Assembly: GCA_965231915.1 (NCBI GenBank)
Contig: OZ246892.1
Location: forward strand, 1,664,897 to 1,728,896
Direction of reading: 5' to 3'
Length of the DNA stretch: 64,000 nucleotides
From: Acidimicrobiales bacterium
Lineage (GTDB): Bacteria; Actinomycetota; Acidimicrobiia; Acidimicrobiales; Bin134
Both the position numbers and the translations under genes were made by a program. The notes beneath the pieces are model-generated. The model was given only the letters and a program-made list of their open reading frames with translations, searched no databases and was not told the DNA's origin. Below, in pieces: positions 47,453-56,240 of the stretch. Positions within the stretch are counted from its first letter, which is position 1. Every line of letters starts with the position of its first letter.

Positions 47453-50400
47453 GTGGCCCGGATGACTGGCCTGAAGTTCGATGACCTCGCCGCTGGCATG
47501 AGGCTGTCGGGCGTGGTGGCCGACGGTGACGTGACAGTGGTTGCTCTGGAAGTGCACGGGGCGGGATCGGCAACCCTCACCTACCGCTCGGCCAGCGGGA
47601 ACCTTGGCGAGCGCATCATCTCGCTCGACGATCTGGCCCGTATCCAAGCAGTCTCCGAGCAGCGGTGGAGCTTCGATGCCGACGGCGCCGCCTTCCGCCT
47701 TGCCTCTGAGGCCCGCCGCATGAAGTCGGCCCACCTGGCCGATCCGTACGCCGCGGTGGACACGTCCAACATCGAGCCCTACCCCCACCAGATCGACGCC
47801 GTCTACAACCGCTTCTTGGAGCAGCGTCCGCTCAAGTTCCTGCTGGCCGACGACCCCGGTGCGGGCAAGACCATCATGTCGGGACTGTTGATCCGAGAGC
47901 TGATGCTGCGGGGCGACGTGGCCCGATGCCTCATCGTCGCCCCCGGCAGCTTGGTGGAGCAGTGGCAAGACGAGCTGTGGGACAAGTTCGGCCTCAGCTT
48001 CGAGCTCATGTCCCGCTCCGCGGTGGAGGCGTCGCGTACCGGCAACCCGTTTCTGGAGAAGAACCTGCTGGTGGCCCGCATCGACCAGTTGTCGCGGGCC
48101 GAGGACCTCATCGAGAAGCTGATGGTGGCCGACTGGGATTTGGTGATCGTCGACGAGGCCCACAAGATGTCGGCCCACCTGTACGGCGACGAGTTGCGCA
48201 AGACCAAGCGCTTCGAGCTGGGCGAGGTGCTGCGGGAGCGCACCCGGCATTTTCTGTTGCTGTCGGCCACTCCCCACAACGGCAAGAACGAGGACTTCTT
48301 GGCCTTCATGACCCTCATCGACCCCGAGCGGTTCGCCGGGCGGCTGCGCGACGACGAGATGCCCGAAACCGACGACGTGATGCGCCGGAAGGTCAAGGAG
48401 AACTTGACCACCTTCGAGGGCCGGCGCCTGTTTCCCCAGCGGTTCGCCCACAGCCTCAATTTCGAGCTGTCGGAACCGGAGCAAGAGCTCTACGAAGCGG
48501 TCACCGAATACGTGCGCAGCGGTATGGACCGCGCCAGGAGAATGCAGGAAGAGGGGGACCGCCGACAAGGGATCATCTTCGGCTTTGCCCTCGCTGCGCT
48601 CCAGCGCCGCCTGGCTTCGTCACCGGCGGCCATCTACCACTCCCTGCGCCGCCGGAGGGACCGGCTGGCAGACCAAGCCGCCGAGTTGCGCCGCCTGACT
48701 GCGGGCGGCAAGCCCGTGTCGGTGGCAGACCTGCCCAAGGGAGTGCGGTTTGCCGATCTAGAAGATTTCGACTTCGACAACTTCGACGATGTGGAGTTGG
48801 AGGAGCTTGAGGACCACGTCATCGACGCCGCCACCGCGTCGGCTACCGCCGAGGAGGTCGAGGCCGAGGTGGTTGAGCTGGAAGGACTGGTCGAGCTGGC
48901 CGACGCTGTGCGCACCAGCGGTGACGACACCAAGTGGAACCAGCTTCGGGGCCTGCTGCGATCAGAGCAGTTCCGATCGGGCAAGGGAGAGAATCCCGAC
49001 GGCGACGACGCGCCATCCGGCCCAAGGAAGCTGATCGTGTTCTCCGAGCACAAGGACACGCTCGACTATGTGGCCGAACGGGTCACCGCCGAATTGGGTC
49101 GTCCCGAGGCGGTGGAGGTCATCCACGGCGGCATCAAGCGCCACGACCGCCGGGCCATCCAAGACCGATTCCGGGTGGACCCCGCGGTGCGGGTGCTGGT
49201 GGCCACCGATGCCGCAGGCGAGGGCGTGAACCTCCAGGTGGCCAACATGATGGTCAACTACGACCTGCCGTGGAATCCGAACCGCATCGAGCAGCGGTTC
49301 GGGCGCATCCACCGCATCGGCCAGCAGCGGCCCTGCCACCTGTGGAACATGGTCGCCCACGAGACCAGGGAGGGAGTGGTGTTCACCCGGCTGTTCGAGA
49401 AGATCGAGCAGCAGCGGGGCGTCTACGGCGATCAGGTGTACGACGTGCTGGGCGATTCCCACATCAACACTTCTCTCCAAGAACTGCTGCTCAAGGCCAT
49501 CACCGCCGACGAAGATCCCGCCCACCTCCAATACATGCAAGAAGTGATAGAGAGCGACATCGGCAAGCAGCTGGTGGATGTGCTGGAGGAGCGAGCCCTG
49601 GTCGGCGGTCTTGCCGATCCGGCGGCCAACGACAAGATCCGAGAGGACATGGAGCGGGCCCGGGCCCGCAAGCTGCAACCATGGTTCGTCCACGCCTTCT
49701 TCTCCGAGGCTCTTCGCCAGTGCGGCGGGCGCATCACCGGACGCGAGCAGGGCCGCTACGAGATCACCCGGATCCCCGCGGCGATCCGCTCTCATGCCGA
49801 TTCGGCGCTCGGCCCGGTGCATGACCGCTACGAGCGGGTGACCTTCGACAAAGCCTGCATCCAGATCGAAGGAGGCGACCGGGCCGAGCTGATCTCACCG
49901 GGCACGCCGCTGTTGACCGCGGTCATCAACAAGGTGCTTGCCGATCACGAGCATGCGCTCGTCCGGGGAGCCACCCTGATTGACCCCGAAGACCGCTCTA
50001 CCGATCCCCGCCTCTTGGTCTATCTGGACCACTCCGTCACCGACGGGCGACAAGTCCACGGCCATCGCCAGGTGGTGTCGCGGCGATTCCAGTACGTGGA
50101 GATCGACCGCCACGGCAACGCCAAGAACGCCGGCAACGAGCCCTACATCGGCTACGCCCCTCTGTCTGAGGAAGGCCGGGCTCTGCTAGAGGGCCACCTT
50201 GATTTGGACTGGGCCGACCATACCGCCGAGGAAACGGCCAAGAGCTGGGCCATAGAGCACCTCTCCCAGCCGCACTTCGAGGAGATCGTCCGGGTTACCG
50301 AAGCTCGAGTTGCCAAGGTCAAAGAGGCAGTACGGGAACGCCTCGAAGCCGAGATCCGCTACTGGGATCAGCGAGCCGAGGAGTTGAAGAGACAGGAGCT

Positions 50401-50998
50401 AGCCGGCCGAAAGCCCCGGCTCAATTCAGGCCGTGCCCGTGCCAGGGCCGATGATCTAGCTTCCCGACTGGCCCGCCGACGCCTTGAGCTGGATCGGGAA
50501 AACGATCTCCACAACAGCCCGCCCACCATCGTCGGCGCAGCCATCGTCGTCCCCCAGGGCTTTATAGACCAGCTCCGCGGCACACCACCCGACCCCGAAG
50601 AGACCGCCGACAAGATGGAGACCGACCGCCGAGCCGTCGCCGCCGTCCTAGAGGCCGAGCGAGCCATCGGACGCAACCCCGAGGCCCAGTCCCACAGCAA
50701 CCCCGGCTACGACGTGCTCTCTATCGACCCCGAAACCGGCACCCACTACTTCATCGAGGTCAAAGGCCACCTCCCCCGCACCACCGAGATCCACATCAGC
50801 GCCCAGCAGGTCAGCAAGGCCAAGTCCCTTCCCGACCACTGGCGCCTCGCCGTCGTCTCCGTCCCCGACGACCCCGCCGAGCCCCCCACAGTCCGCTACC
50901 TCCTCAACCCCTTCTCCGACTACACCCCCTACTTCGCCCAAACCGGCCTGCCCCTCAACGTCGCCGACCTCCTCACCGCCGCCCAAGCCCCCTGCTGA
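47453..50998 (+). CDS. SNF2-family helicase with C-terminal DUF3883-like (PD-(D/E)xK-type) domain
   Basis: LLADDPGAGKTIM (I), VIVDEAHKM (II), LSATPHNG (III), VLVATDAAGEGVNLQ, NPNRIEQRFGRIHRIGQ (VI). Long coiled-coil-like region. C-terminal NPGYDVLSIDPETGTHYFIEVKGH. Start only 14 nt from the divergent SDR start. Confidence 0.85.
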   Translation: MARMTGLKFDDLAAGMRLSGVVADGDVTVVALEVHGAGSATLTYRSASGNLGERIISLDDLARIQAVSEQRWSFDADGAAFRLASEARRMKSAHLADPYAAVDTSNIEPYPHQIDAVYNRFLEQRPLKFLLADDPGAGKTIMSGLLIRELMLRGDVARCLIVAPGSLVEQWQDELWDKFGLSFELMSRSAVEASRTGNPFLEKNLLVARIDQLSRAEDLIEKLMVADWDLVIVDEAHKMSAHLYGDELRKTKRFELGEVLRERTRHFLLLSATPHNGKNEDFLAFMTLIDPERFAGRLRDDEMPETDDVMRRKVKENLTTFEGRRLFPQRFAHSLNFELSEPEQELYEAVTEYVRSGMDRARRMQEEGDRRQGIIFGFALAALQRRLASSPAAIYHSLRRRRDRLADQAAELRRLTAGGKPVSVADLPKGVRFADLEDFDFDNFDDVELEELEDHVIDAATASATAEEVEAEVVELEGLVELADAVRTSGDDTKWNQLRGLLRSEQFRSGKGENPDGDDAPSGPRKLIVFSEHKDTLDYVAERVTAELGRPEAVEVIHGGIKRHDRRAIQDRFRVDPAVRVLVATDAAGEGVNLQVANMMVNYDLPWNPNRIEQRFGRIHRIGQQRPCHLWNMVAHETREGVVFTRLFEKIEQQRGVYGDQVYDVLGDSHINTSLQELLLKAITADEDPAHLQYMQEVIESDIGKQLVDVLEERALVGGLADPAANDKIREDMERARARKLQPWFVHAFFSEALRQCGGRITGREQGRYEITRIPAAIRSHADSALGPVHDRYERVTFDKACIQIEGGDRAELISPGTPLLTAVINKVLADHEHALVRGATLIDPEDRSTDPRLLVYLDHSVTDGRQVHGHRQVVSRRFQYVEIDRHGNAKNAGNEPYIGYAPLSEEGRALLEGHLDLDWADHTAEETAKSWAIEHLSQPHFEEIVRVTEARVAKVKEAVRERLEAEIRYWDQRAEELKRQELAGRKPRLNSGRARARADDLASRLARRRLELDRENDLHNSPPTIVGAAIVVPQGFIDQLRGTPPDPEETADKMETDRRAVAAVLEAERAIGRNPEAQSHSNPGYDVLSIDPETGTHYFIEVKGHLPRTTEIHISAQQVSKAKSLPDHWRLAVVSVPDDPAEPPTVRYLLNPFSDYTPYFAQTGLPLNVADLLTAAQAPC

Positions 50999-51076
50999 GC
51001 AGCGGCTAACCAGCTTTTGGGGCGCCTGGAAAAGAAAGACCCGGCACTCGAAAGCACCGGGTGGGTGTGAACACCC
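50999..51076. repeat. Element E copy 1 (GCAGCGGCTAACCAG...GAAAAGAAAGACCCGGCAC..CACCGGGT + GGGTGTGAACACCC hairpin)
   Basis: Begins right after the helicase stop. Roughly 80% identical, with indels, to 56227-56331 over the flanks by hand alignment. Confidence 0.7.
51029..51062 (-). terminator. Intrinsic terminator candidate for the 1470-aa operon
   Basis: Minus-strand RNA ACCCGGUGC-UUUCGA-GUGCCGGGU (9 bp including 2 G-U pairs) followed by CUUUCUUUUCC. On the plus strand the wobble pairs become mismatches, so it is oriented for the minus strand. Confidence 0.55.
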
Positions 51077-51196
51077 TATCGGGGGCAGCTATGTCGACGT
51101 CATTCTTTGACCCGCGGAGTGGAGCGGGGTGGTTTTGTGAATTTGTCGGTTGGTACCGCGGTATTCGCATAGGCCCGCGCGGGCCGCGCGGTGGAG

Positions 51197-54100
51197 CTAT
51201 GTCGGCAAGCCTCGGCGGATGGTTTCGGCATCGCGGTCGTGAAGGCTGGCCTCGTGTTCGTAGCTGCGGGCCAATCTGCTGAAGATGGCTGCTGTACGGG
51301 GCCATTCCTGGTAGCGGCGGCTCCGCTCTTTGTAGCTCTCAGCTAGCTCGCGCTCTTGCTCACCGCCGGCTGTCGAGGAGCGGGAGGTGGTGCCGCGTCG
51401 GTTCCTTACGGCGATGCGAAAACCGCTATCAACGCTGTCGCTTTGCAGTCGTTCCAGCAGATTGCGGACAGCAAGCCCGGGCCACTCGCCGCCTGGGTCT
51501 TCGGGAGACGCGGCGAGGGCGGCACCGATCATGTCATCGCCTACAACAGTTCGGTCGATTGCCGCCAAGAGCGCACGAGCGTTGTAAACCCAATCTTGGA
51601 GAGGGTCGGCGTCCAGCCTGCCATCGTCATCGAGTGCCGGAACGAACTGCGAGACTGGCCACTCCCGCAATACTTGGTAAGCGCTGAGCGCTACCTGATG
51701 TTGAGCCTCAGTCAACGGAAGCATCTCATCTGGTGTAGCGCTGGCTGGCTTGAAGGCCGACTCGACGAGTTGCACGAAGAGTTCGGGGTCACAAGCCAGT
51801 TCCCGGTACAGATTCGGGGCATAGAACTCTTGTGCGAGATGCAGGAGCGGGTGGTACTTCCACTCAAGGATGGCGACTCGACCAATGCCGAGATGGCCTC
51901 GGTGCTTGTCGAGCACTTTGAATAGGGAGACCAAATCCCAGTAGGCGATGTCACCGCGCCCGGGCACGGTGCTTGGCTGCTTGATCCACTGTTCAAGCCA
52001 TGTTGCGGCCTCTTCGGCGAATTCAGCATGGGCCTCGAGGTCACTTGGGCTAAGCGCGAGCAGCGTCCGGGCCAATTCGAGGCGTCCCGCCTTCCGCAGT
52101 CGGCGACATACTTCGAGCAGTTGGCTCAACTCCCGTAGAATCCCGAGGTCGTAGGAACTCACCCGACGCCAGTACTCGGTCGCCACTTCGTCACCCCAAG
52201 CGTCTACCCGCTTCCAAGACAACTCCATTGGAGGTGGCACGCGCAGTACATCAGCGGCGACTTGTGGTGAGACGTCATTCTCTGAGAGAAGCTTGTCCAC
52301 GCCTTCCCATTGCAGTTCGGTGAACCGGTGGCCGAAGTAGCCCAAGGCGACTTCCGTAACCGCTGTGGGCGCGTCTTCCATGACCTCAAGAATGTCTTTA
52401 TCTAGGGCCGGGTTGCAGTAGGCAAGGGCGGTGCCAACTTGTCGAGGCTGGTCCACCGACCCGGCAAAGTCGAATACCACCTTGAGTCCTCCGTCGGCCA
52501 AGATAGCCCCCACCGCTTCTGCCTGCTTTTGCCGCAAAGCCGCTTGGAACTCCTCATATCCATCTGTTGCGTGGGCGCCATCGATGTACAGCAGGCCCGG
52601 TGAGAACAGGTGGCTATAGGCGACAGCGGGGTCAGCCGGACGAAGACGGTCTTGTAGCTGTTCCAGCGCTTCCAGTTCAGTTTCTTCATGCGTCCAAGTG
52701 GCTCCTCTGTAGCGGCGGTGACTAGCCAAAAGGTCTCGCAGCAGCGGCCACACCCTCGACTTGAACGTCTCATCGGGACTGGTGTCCGTAAGTCTGCTGA
52801 TTGTCGAGATTGCCTTGCGGCGCGCGTTGTCGGGCAGATCGGCGACGCGCTCGATCAGAGCGGACCAGCGCTCAGAATCCTCACCGGCATCCTCAACAAG
52901 CATCTCTGCGATTGCGGTGGTTGTGTCGGCGAATTCTCGCTGTGCCACCACTGGCTTAGCCGGCCGCCAGTCGCGGTAGCGAGGCATTGCGCTTGGCCAC
53001 TGGACGCTGTGGGTGCTTGGCAGCATCGATAGCATCAATGTCCAAGCGATACTTGAGTGGGACTGTCGCAGCATTCGAACTGCTGCGAGACGATCAGCAG
53101 CGTCTGCCGATGTGTTGGGCAGCCACGGACACATGATCGAGGCGAGGCTCTTGGCCGGTCGGTTTGAGTACCGGCCACCGGGGTCGATCAGGGCAAGCCG
53201 GGCGAGCATATCAGCGGCGGCCAAGAGGTGCTCGGGCGACCATGCGATGACCTCCAGCGCATTCAGGATGCGAAAATGGGGCGACGAAGCGGCAAAGCCG
53301 AACCAGTCGGAGTCGCCATCTTTGAACATGGCTTGCGCGAAGACGTGCGACTCAGCGAGGCAGGTGCGCAGGGCTTCCAGCACGGCTTCGGGCGCGGCCT
53401 CGGCTAGAAGCGTCAACGTGTCGGAAACGGCATCCCAGGTTCTAGGGGATGCGTCGTCCATTGCTGATCTGAGCAGTCTTCGAGTGATGCCCTCAGCCAT
53501 TCCTGAGATCGACGTAGTGGCTCCGTCCGTCGCCGAAGGACTGCTGCCAGCCAGCGCTAGCGTGGTTGCGACTCCTTGTTTGAGCTGAGACGAGTACTTC
53601 GCATCTACCTCCTCAGCTTGGGCACCGAGCGCTTCCTCATAGGTCAGCTCCCGCAGTGGGTCGGCATCGGTGAGCACCTCGCGGGCGATCTTCGCGAATT
53701 CCGCCACATCGCTGGCAGAAAGCTGATCGTGCAGCAGCATCCAAGTGTCCGCCGGTGACACCACATGGGCCAGTTCGCCGGTCGTGGTCATGGGCGCGTC
53801 ACCGGCATCGAGCTGGCGCAACGCCTCGGCAACCGCATTGGATGAAAGGCCGGTGAATCTCTCCACAATCTGGAGATCACCCGTATATGCCTCATTCCAG
53901 CCGCCGAGCAGCAGGCTGCGCCGCAGCGTCTTGTCGACCTGCCCCTTCGCCCATTCCGGCGTGTGCAAGGCGGGGTCGATGCTGAGATGCCTTCTGAGCG
54001 CCATCAGGCTAATTCGAGCCATTCCGCCAAGCCGGTGTGCCGCATGAAGCTCCACCCGATTGTCCTGCAATCGTTGGGCCACTAGTTCTGAGTCAACTGC

Positions 54101-55609
54101 GCTGAGGACAATCTCGGCCTGTGTCGAGCCGGGGACCGGCACGATCATCCGATGCGGGCACCCTGCGGGCAGGTGGTCAGCATATTCTGCCGACGGCACG
54201 ACCACCGTCAGCGCAGTTGTCGTCCGTCTGTGCTCCCCATTGCCCGACAGCGCCTCAGCAGCGAACAGACGACGGGCGGCGTCTTGGGTGTCCACGTACA
54301 ACACGTCGCCGAACGGTGTCTCCGAGGTGTCGCCTGCGACGAGCGCAGCCGAAACGAACGCCAGGATCTCGTCGCGCTGGATATGGCCTCCAACGGTCAC
54401 GACTCCGCGACTTTGTCGGCAGCGGTCGCGCAAGCTCTCCGCGGCCTGTTCGCGCCCTGACAGCACAAACCCTTCGTCAAGGGGTGGCCTCGTCGATTCC
54501 AACCACTTCGTCCACCATGCCGAGAGCAGGCCGATTCCCGCCACCGGAGCCCCCATCTGCTCGCGCAGCCACACCGTGGTGGCGGGTGCGCACTCCAGCC
54601 AAGCCTCCAAGCTGTCGACATTCAGAGCCACCACCTGTTGAAAGTCGCCCTTGGCCGTGCGATCCCGCTCGAAGTCTCGTGCCTTGATCCATGGGGCGCA
54701 CACCACGGCGACATAAGCCGTATCGGCTCGTTCCTCGGGTGGTGTATCGGCGACCCGCTTGTCGTAGTCGCGGCCAGCCTTCTCATGCGAGCCGCTCTGC
54801 TTGGTTGACAGCTCCCAGACTGACTGACCGGCAGGCACGTAGCGATTGCCTCGATCGCATCGCACGATACCGTCCCAACCGGGTGATGCCACGCCGGTGC
54901 CCGCAGGCATATCGACCCACTCAGCGGACGGCTCAGTCTCAGCAATGAGGCTGCGAACCAGGCGCGGCAGCACTTGATCTGAGCCGGCCGCTTTCGCCCA
55001 TACCAGCAGATTGTCGCGAGTCACCCGCAGAGATTCAGGAACCGAGGGGACGAGCGGAACCGGAGGAATCAGTGCATTCGCGAGCTCGCGGGCGATCTTG
55101 AGGTCTTCGGCAGGCCCAAGGGCCAGCAGGCCGCTGCCGCTCAGCCCCTCAGCGATCCGCCCGAGGTCGCGGACTCGATCCGCAGCGAGGGGGCTTCGGA
55201 TAGCGAACTCCCGCAAGCTCTCCCCGGCAGCCACCCCTGTCCGCAGATCGGCAATCTCTGGGCGGGCGCGGGCAAAGGCCTCTCGGAGTTCATCTGCGGC
55301 CACTGCCGCAAGCTCTCCGCCCAGGGGTGCGTCGCCGCGCAGCCGCACCTCTTCGCTCACTTGGCGAAGCCAGTTCCGCCGTGGCACGTCGTCCGCTATC
55401 TCGTCGAACATACCGAGCCGCTTGCCAGCTTCAGCCAAGAGCATCTCTCTCATATCGCCGCCATTTGAAGCGGGTAGCCCGCGCAGTCCCTCGATCCATG
55501 CCTGCTCGAATTCGTAGAAGTCCATCGCCTCTGCGATGCGTTCCAGCGCGGAGTTGGCTATCTCTTGTGCCGGTTCGACCGACGGGTTCGGCGGGGCAGT
55601 GGCAGTCAT
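51197..55609 (-). CDS. Very large protein (1470 aa) of unrecognised family; no P-loop; probably all-helical
   Basis: Uninterrupted 4.4-kb ORF with coding-like codon usage. ATG overlaps the stop of the upstream small ORF (ATGA). No GxxxxGK[ST], DPPY, HExxH or helicase motifs found on reading. Confidence 0.8.
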   Translation of the reverse strand: MTATAPPNPSVEPAQEIANSALERIAEAMDFYEFEQAWIEGLRGLPASNGGDMREMLLAEAGKRLGMFDEIADDVPRRNWLRQVSEEVRLRGDAPLGGELAAVAADELREAFARARPEIADLRTGVAAGESLREFAIRSPLAADRVRDLGRIAEGLSGSGLLALGPAEDLKIARELANALIPPVPLVPSVPESLRVTRDNLLVWAKAAGSDQVLPRLVRSLIAETEPSAEWVDMPAGTGVASPGWDGIVRCDRGNRYVPAGQSVWELSTKQSGSHEKAGRDYDKRVADTPPEERADTAYVAVVCAPWIKARDFERDRTAKGDFQQVVALNVDSLEAWLECAPATTVWLREQMGAPVAGIGLLSAWWTKWLESTRPPLDEGFVLSGREQAAESLRDRCRQSRGVVTVGGHIQRDEILAFVSAALVAGDTSETPFGDVLYVDTQDAARRLFAAEALSGNGEHRRTTTALTVVVPSAEYADHLPAGCPHRMIVPVPGSTQAEIVLSAVDSELVAQRLQDNRVELHAAHRLGGMARISLMALRRHLSIDPALHTPEWAKGQVDKTLRRSLLLGGWNEAYTGDLQIVERFTGLSSNAVAEALRQLDAGDAPMTTTGELAHVVSPADTWMLLHDQLSASDVAEFAKIAREVLTDADPLRELTYEEALGAQAEEVDAKYSSQLKQGVATTLALAGSSPSATDGATTSISGMAEGITRRLLRSAMDDASPRTWDAVSDTLTLLAEAAPEAVLEALRTCLAESHVFAQAMFKDGDSDWFGFAASSPHFRILNALEVIAWSPEHLLAAADMLARLALIDPGGRYSNRPAKSLASIMCPWLPNTSADAADRLAAVRMLRQSHSSIAWTLMLSMLPSTHSVQWPSAMPRYRDWRPAKPVVAQREFADTTTAIAEMLVEDAGEDSERWSALIERVADLPDNARRKAISTISRLTDTSPDETFKSRVWPLLRDLLASHRRYRGATWTHEETELEALEQLQDRLRPADPAVAYSHLFSPGLLYIDGAHATDGYEEFQAALRQKQAEAVGAILADGGLKVVFDFAGSVDQPRQVGTALAYCNPALDKDILEVMEDAPTAVTEVALGYFGHRFTELQWEGVDKLLSENDVSPQVAADVLRVPPPMELSWKRVDAWGDEVATEYWRRVSSYDLGILRELSQLLEVCRRLRKAGRLELARTLLALSPSDLEAHAEFAEEAATWLEQWIKQPSTVPGRGDIAYWDLVSLFKVLDKHRGHLGIGRVAILEWKYHPLLHLAQEFYAPNLYRELACDPELFVQLVESAFKPASATPDEMLPLTEAQHQVALSAYQVLREWPVSQFVPALDDDGRLDADPLQDWVYNARALLAAIDRTVVGDDMIGAALAASPEDPGGEWPGLAVRNLLERLQSDSVDSGFRIAVRNRRGTTSRSSTAGGEQERELAESYKERSRRYQEWPRTAAIFSRLARSYEHEASLHDRDAETIRRGLPT

Positions 55610-55842
55610 GGTGCTCCAAAATCGTAGCTGCGAACAGCACCTGAACGGATGCGGATTCCAGCGGCCTCGAACGCTTCTCGGGCAACTTCGAGGCTTGCTG
55701 CGGCCGGCTGGTAGTGCCCGCTCATGTTGTCGAGTGCCGACACAACAAGCGCCCCTAGTTCTGCCAAGACTTCGAACTCACCGGCAGCTTGTACTGGGCC
55801 ACCGTAGGCGAGCACCGCATGGGAGATGTGCTCAACGCCCAC
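55606..55842 (-). CDS. Small protein (78 aa), translationally coupled to the 1470-aa gene; possibly the 3' half of a frameshifted gene
   Basis: GTG start inside the end of the previous ORF. Stop overlaps the ATG of the giant gene. Sequence HISHAVLAYGGPVQAAGEFEV...LDNMSGHYQP not assigned to a family. Confidence 0.5.
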   Translation of the reverse strand: MGVEHISHAVLAYGGPVQAAGEFEVLAELGALVVSALDNMSGHYQPAAASLEVAREAFEAAGIRIRSGAVRSYDFGAP

Positions 55843-56014
55843 TTGACGCCAGCAGCCGGCCGCCCGCTACGACGTAGATCATCCTCTCACCCTCGGCCGC
55901 CAAGGCGTCGAATGCTGTGCTGGGAATCCCGACAGGCATGAGGCCGACTCGGCGAGCCACATCCAACTCTTGCTGAAGCTGGGACGGCAAACGGTTGTAG
56001 TACGGGGGTGACAA
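55832..56014 (-). CDS. Small protein (60 aa), first ORF of the minus-strand operon; possibly the 5' half of a frameshifted gene
   Basis: TTG start 13 nt after GAGGA. Overlaps the next ORF by 11 nt in another frame. Confidence 0.4.
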   Translation of the reverse strand: MSPPYYNRLPSQLQQELDVARRVGLMPVGIPSTAFDALAAEGERMIYVVAGGRLLASSGR

Positions 56015-56029
56015 GGTGCCGCTTCTGTC

Positions 56030-56110
56030 CTCATGGCTAATAGATTCGTAAGCATCTTATAGTAAAGGAAATATAATAGAATACTATGATAAATTACAAA
56101 AGAGTTCAAT
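56030..56110. promoter_or_regulatory. Extremely AT-rich spacer, probable promoter region of the minus-strand operon and a recombination junction
   Basis: Hand count of 56041-56100 gives 13/60 G+C (22%) in a roughly 66% GC context. Contains TATAAT-like strings (ATATAATAGAATACTATGATAAAT). Confidence 0.5.
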
Positions 56111-56125
56111 ATCTCTGCCCAGCGC

Positions 56126-56240
56126 CATCTGTGGTGGGCTCGGCGGTCGTTGGCGGCGGCTCGGGCGGTGACTTGGGCGTCGCTGGTGGATGATCCTTCG
56201 GGGGATTTGTCGTTGACGCCGGAGGAGCAGCGGCTGACCA
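56126..56240 (+). pseudogene. 5' remnant of a second DUF1156-type methylase gene (codons ~46-88 only)
   Basis: Translates [37 protein letters not shown] versus the intact gene's [42 protein letters not shown]. There is a 34-nt identical run at 56173-56206 = 59654-59687. No start codon or downstream domains. Confidence 0.8.

Noticed and set aside
51090-51190. Cluster of perfect palindromes downstream of the giant ORF (GGCCCGCGCGGGCC at 51172-51185, TACCGCGGTA at about 51153-51162)
   Set aside because: They could form small hairpins, but none is followed by a U-tract. GC-rich palindromes are common by chance in this composition. The hairpin + U-tract at 51029-51062 is the better terminator candidate.
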